From Thelocarpon superellum (lineage: Eukaryota), in contig JAPEUG010000056.1 in NCBI GenBank assembly GCA_026025795.1, positions 44,756-64,755 on the forward strand: DNA of 20,000 nucleotides. The letters are read 5' to 3'. Below the pieces are notes generated by a model. The model was not told the origin of the DNA. It saw nothing but the letters and a program-made list of their open reading frames with translations, and did no database searches. The position numbers and the translations under genes were made by a program. How positions within the stretch are numbered: position 1 is the first letter of the stretch; each line of letters starts with the position of its first letter. Positions 19,901-20,000 of this stretch are shown in pieces.

Positions 19901-20000
19901 GCATATCTTCCGGTCGGTCGGGTGCCGCACCAGAATCGTCGACTGGAGGAGATAAGATGGCATGATAGCCATGCAATGACGACGTATCTGAGTCGGTGGA
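16922..20000 (-). CDS. Hybrid sensor histidine kinase/response regulator (GAF-like region, HisKA, HATPase_c, degenerate REC, REC); 5' end lies beyond the window
   Basis: Exons >20000-19104, 19047-17298 and 17247-16922; introns 19103-19048 (56 nt) and 17297-17248 (50 nt), both GTACGT..TAG. H-box FISSISHELRSPL|HGILG; N-box MNIVGNALKYS; G1 VEDTGRGI; F LFSPFAQ; G2 GVGLGLSIV; receiver ILLVDDNTINL...DIIFM-D-VSMPVMDG...ALTG...FLTKPV. Confidence 0.95.

Noticed and set aside
1..20000. Transposon, RIP-degraded repeat, CRISPR array, riboswitch or secondary-metabolite cluster
   Set aside because: I saw no transposase/RT motifs, terminal repeats, AT-rich RIP tracts, repeat-spacer arrays, TPP aptamer motif or backbone enzyme; the genes are mostly functionally unrelated housekeeping or regulatory loci.

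Overview
Gene-dense, GC-rich eukaryotic DNA from a filamentous ascomycete (Pezizomycotina). The assignment rests on short 50-68 nt GT..AG introns with CTRAY-like branch points and on recognisably fungal proteins. Ten protein-coding genes can be reconstructed by hand: WDR70-like (-, truncated at the left edge), a small hydrophilic hypothetical protein (-), a tandem BTB/POZ protein (-), a GTT1-type glutathione S-transferase (-), complex I subunit NDUFB4 (+), PRP18 (-), SAP18 (+), a C-terminal PHD-finger protein (+), an intronless, probably secreted protein of unknown function (+) and a hybrid histidine kinase (-, truncated at the right edge). I found no transposon, tRNA/rRNA gene, CRISPR array or biosynthetic cluster, and I cannot support a new multi-gene system. 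The best leads are splice-site oddities (YAG-AG tandem acceptors, a GTCTAG donor), two in-frame TAG stops upstream of the PHD gene, the secreted orphan, and an unexplained ~2 kb region between SAP18 and the PHD gene. Family assignments come from recalled motifs, not database searches.
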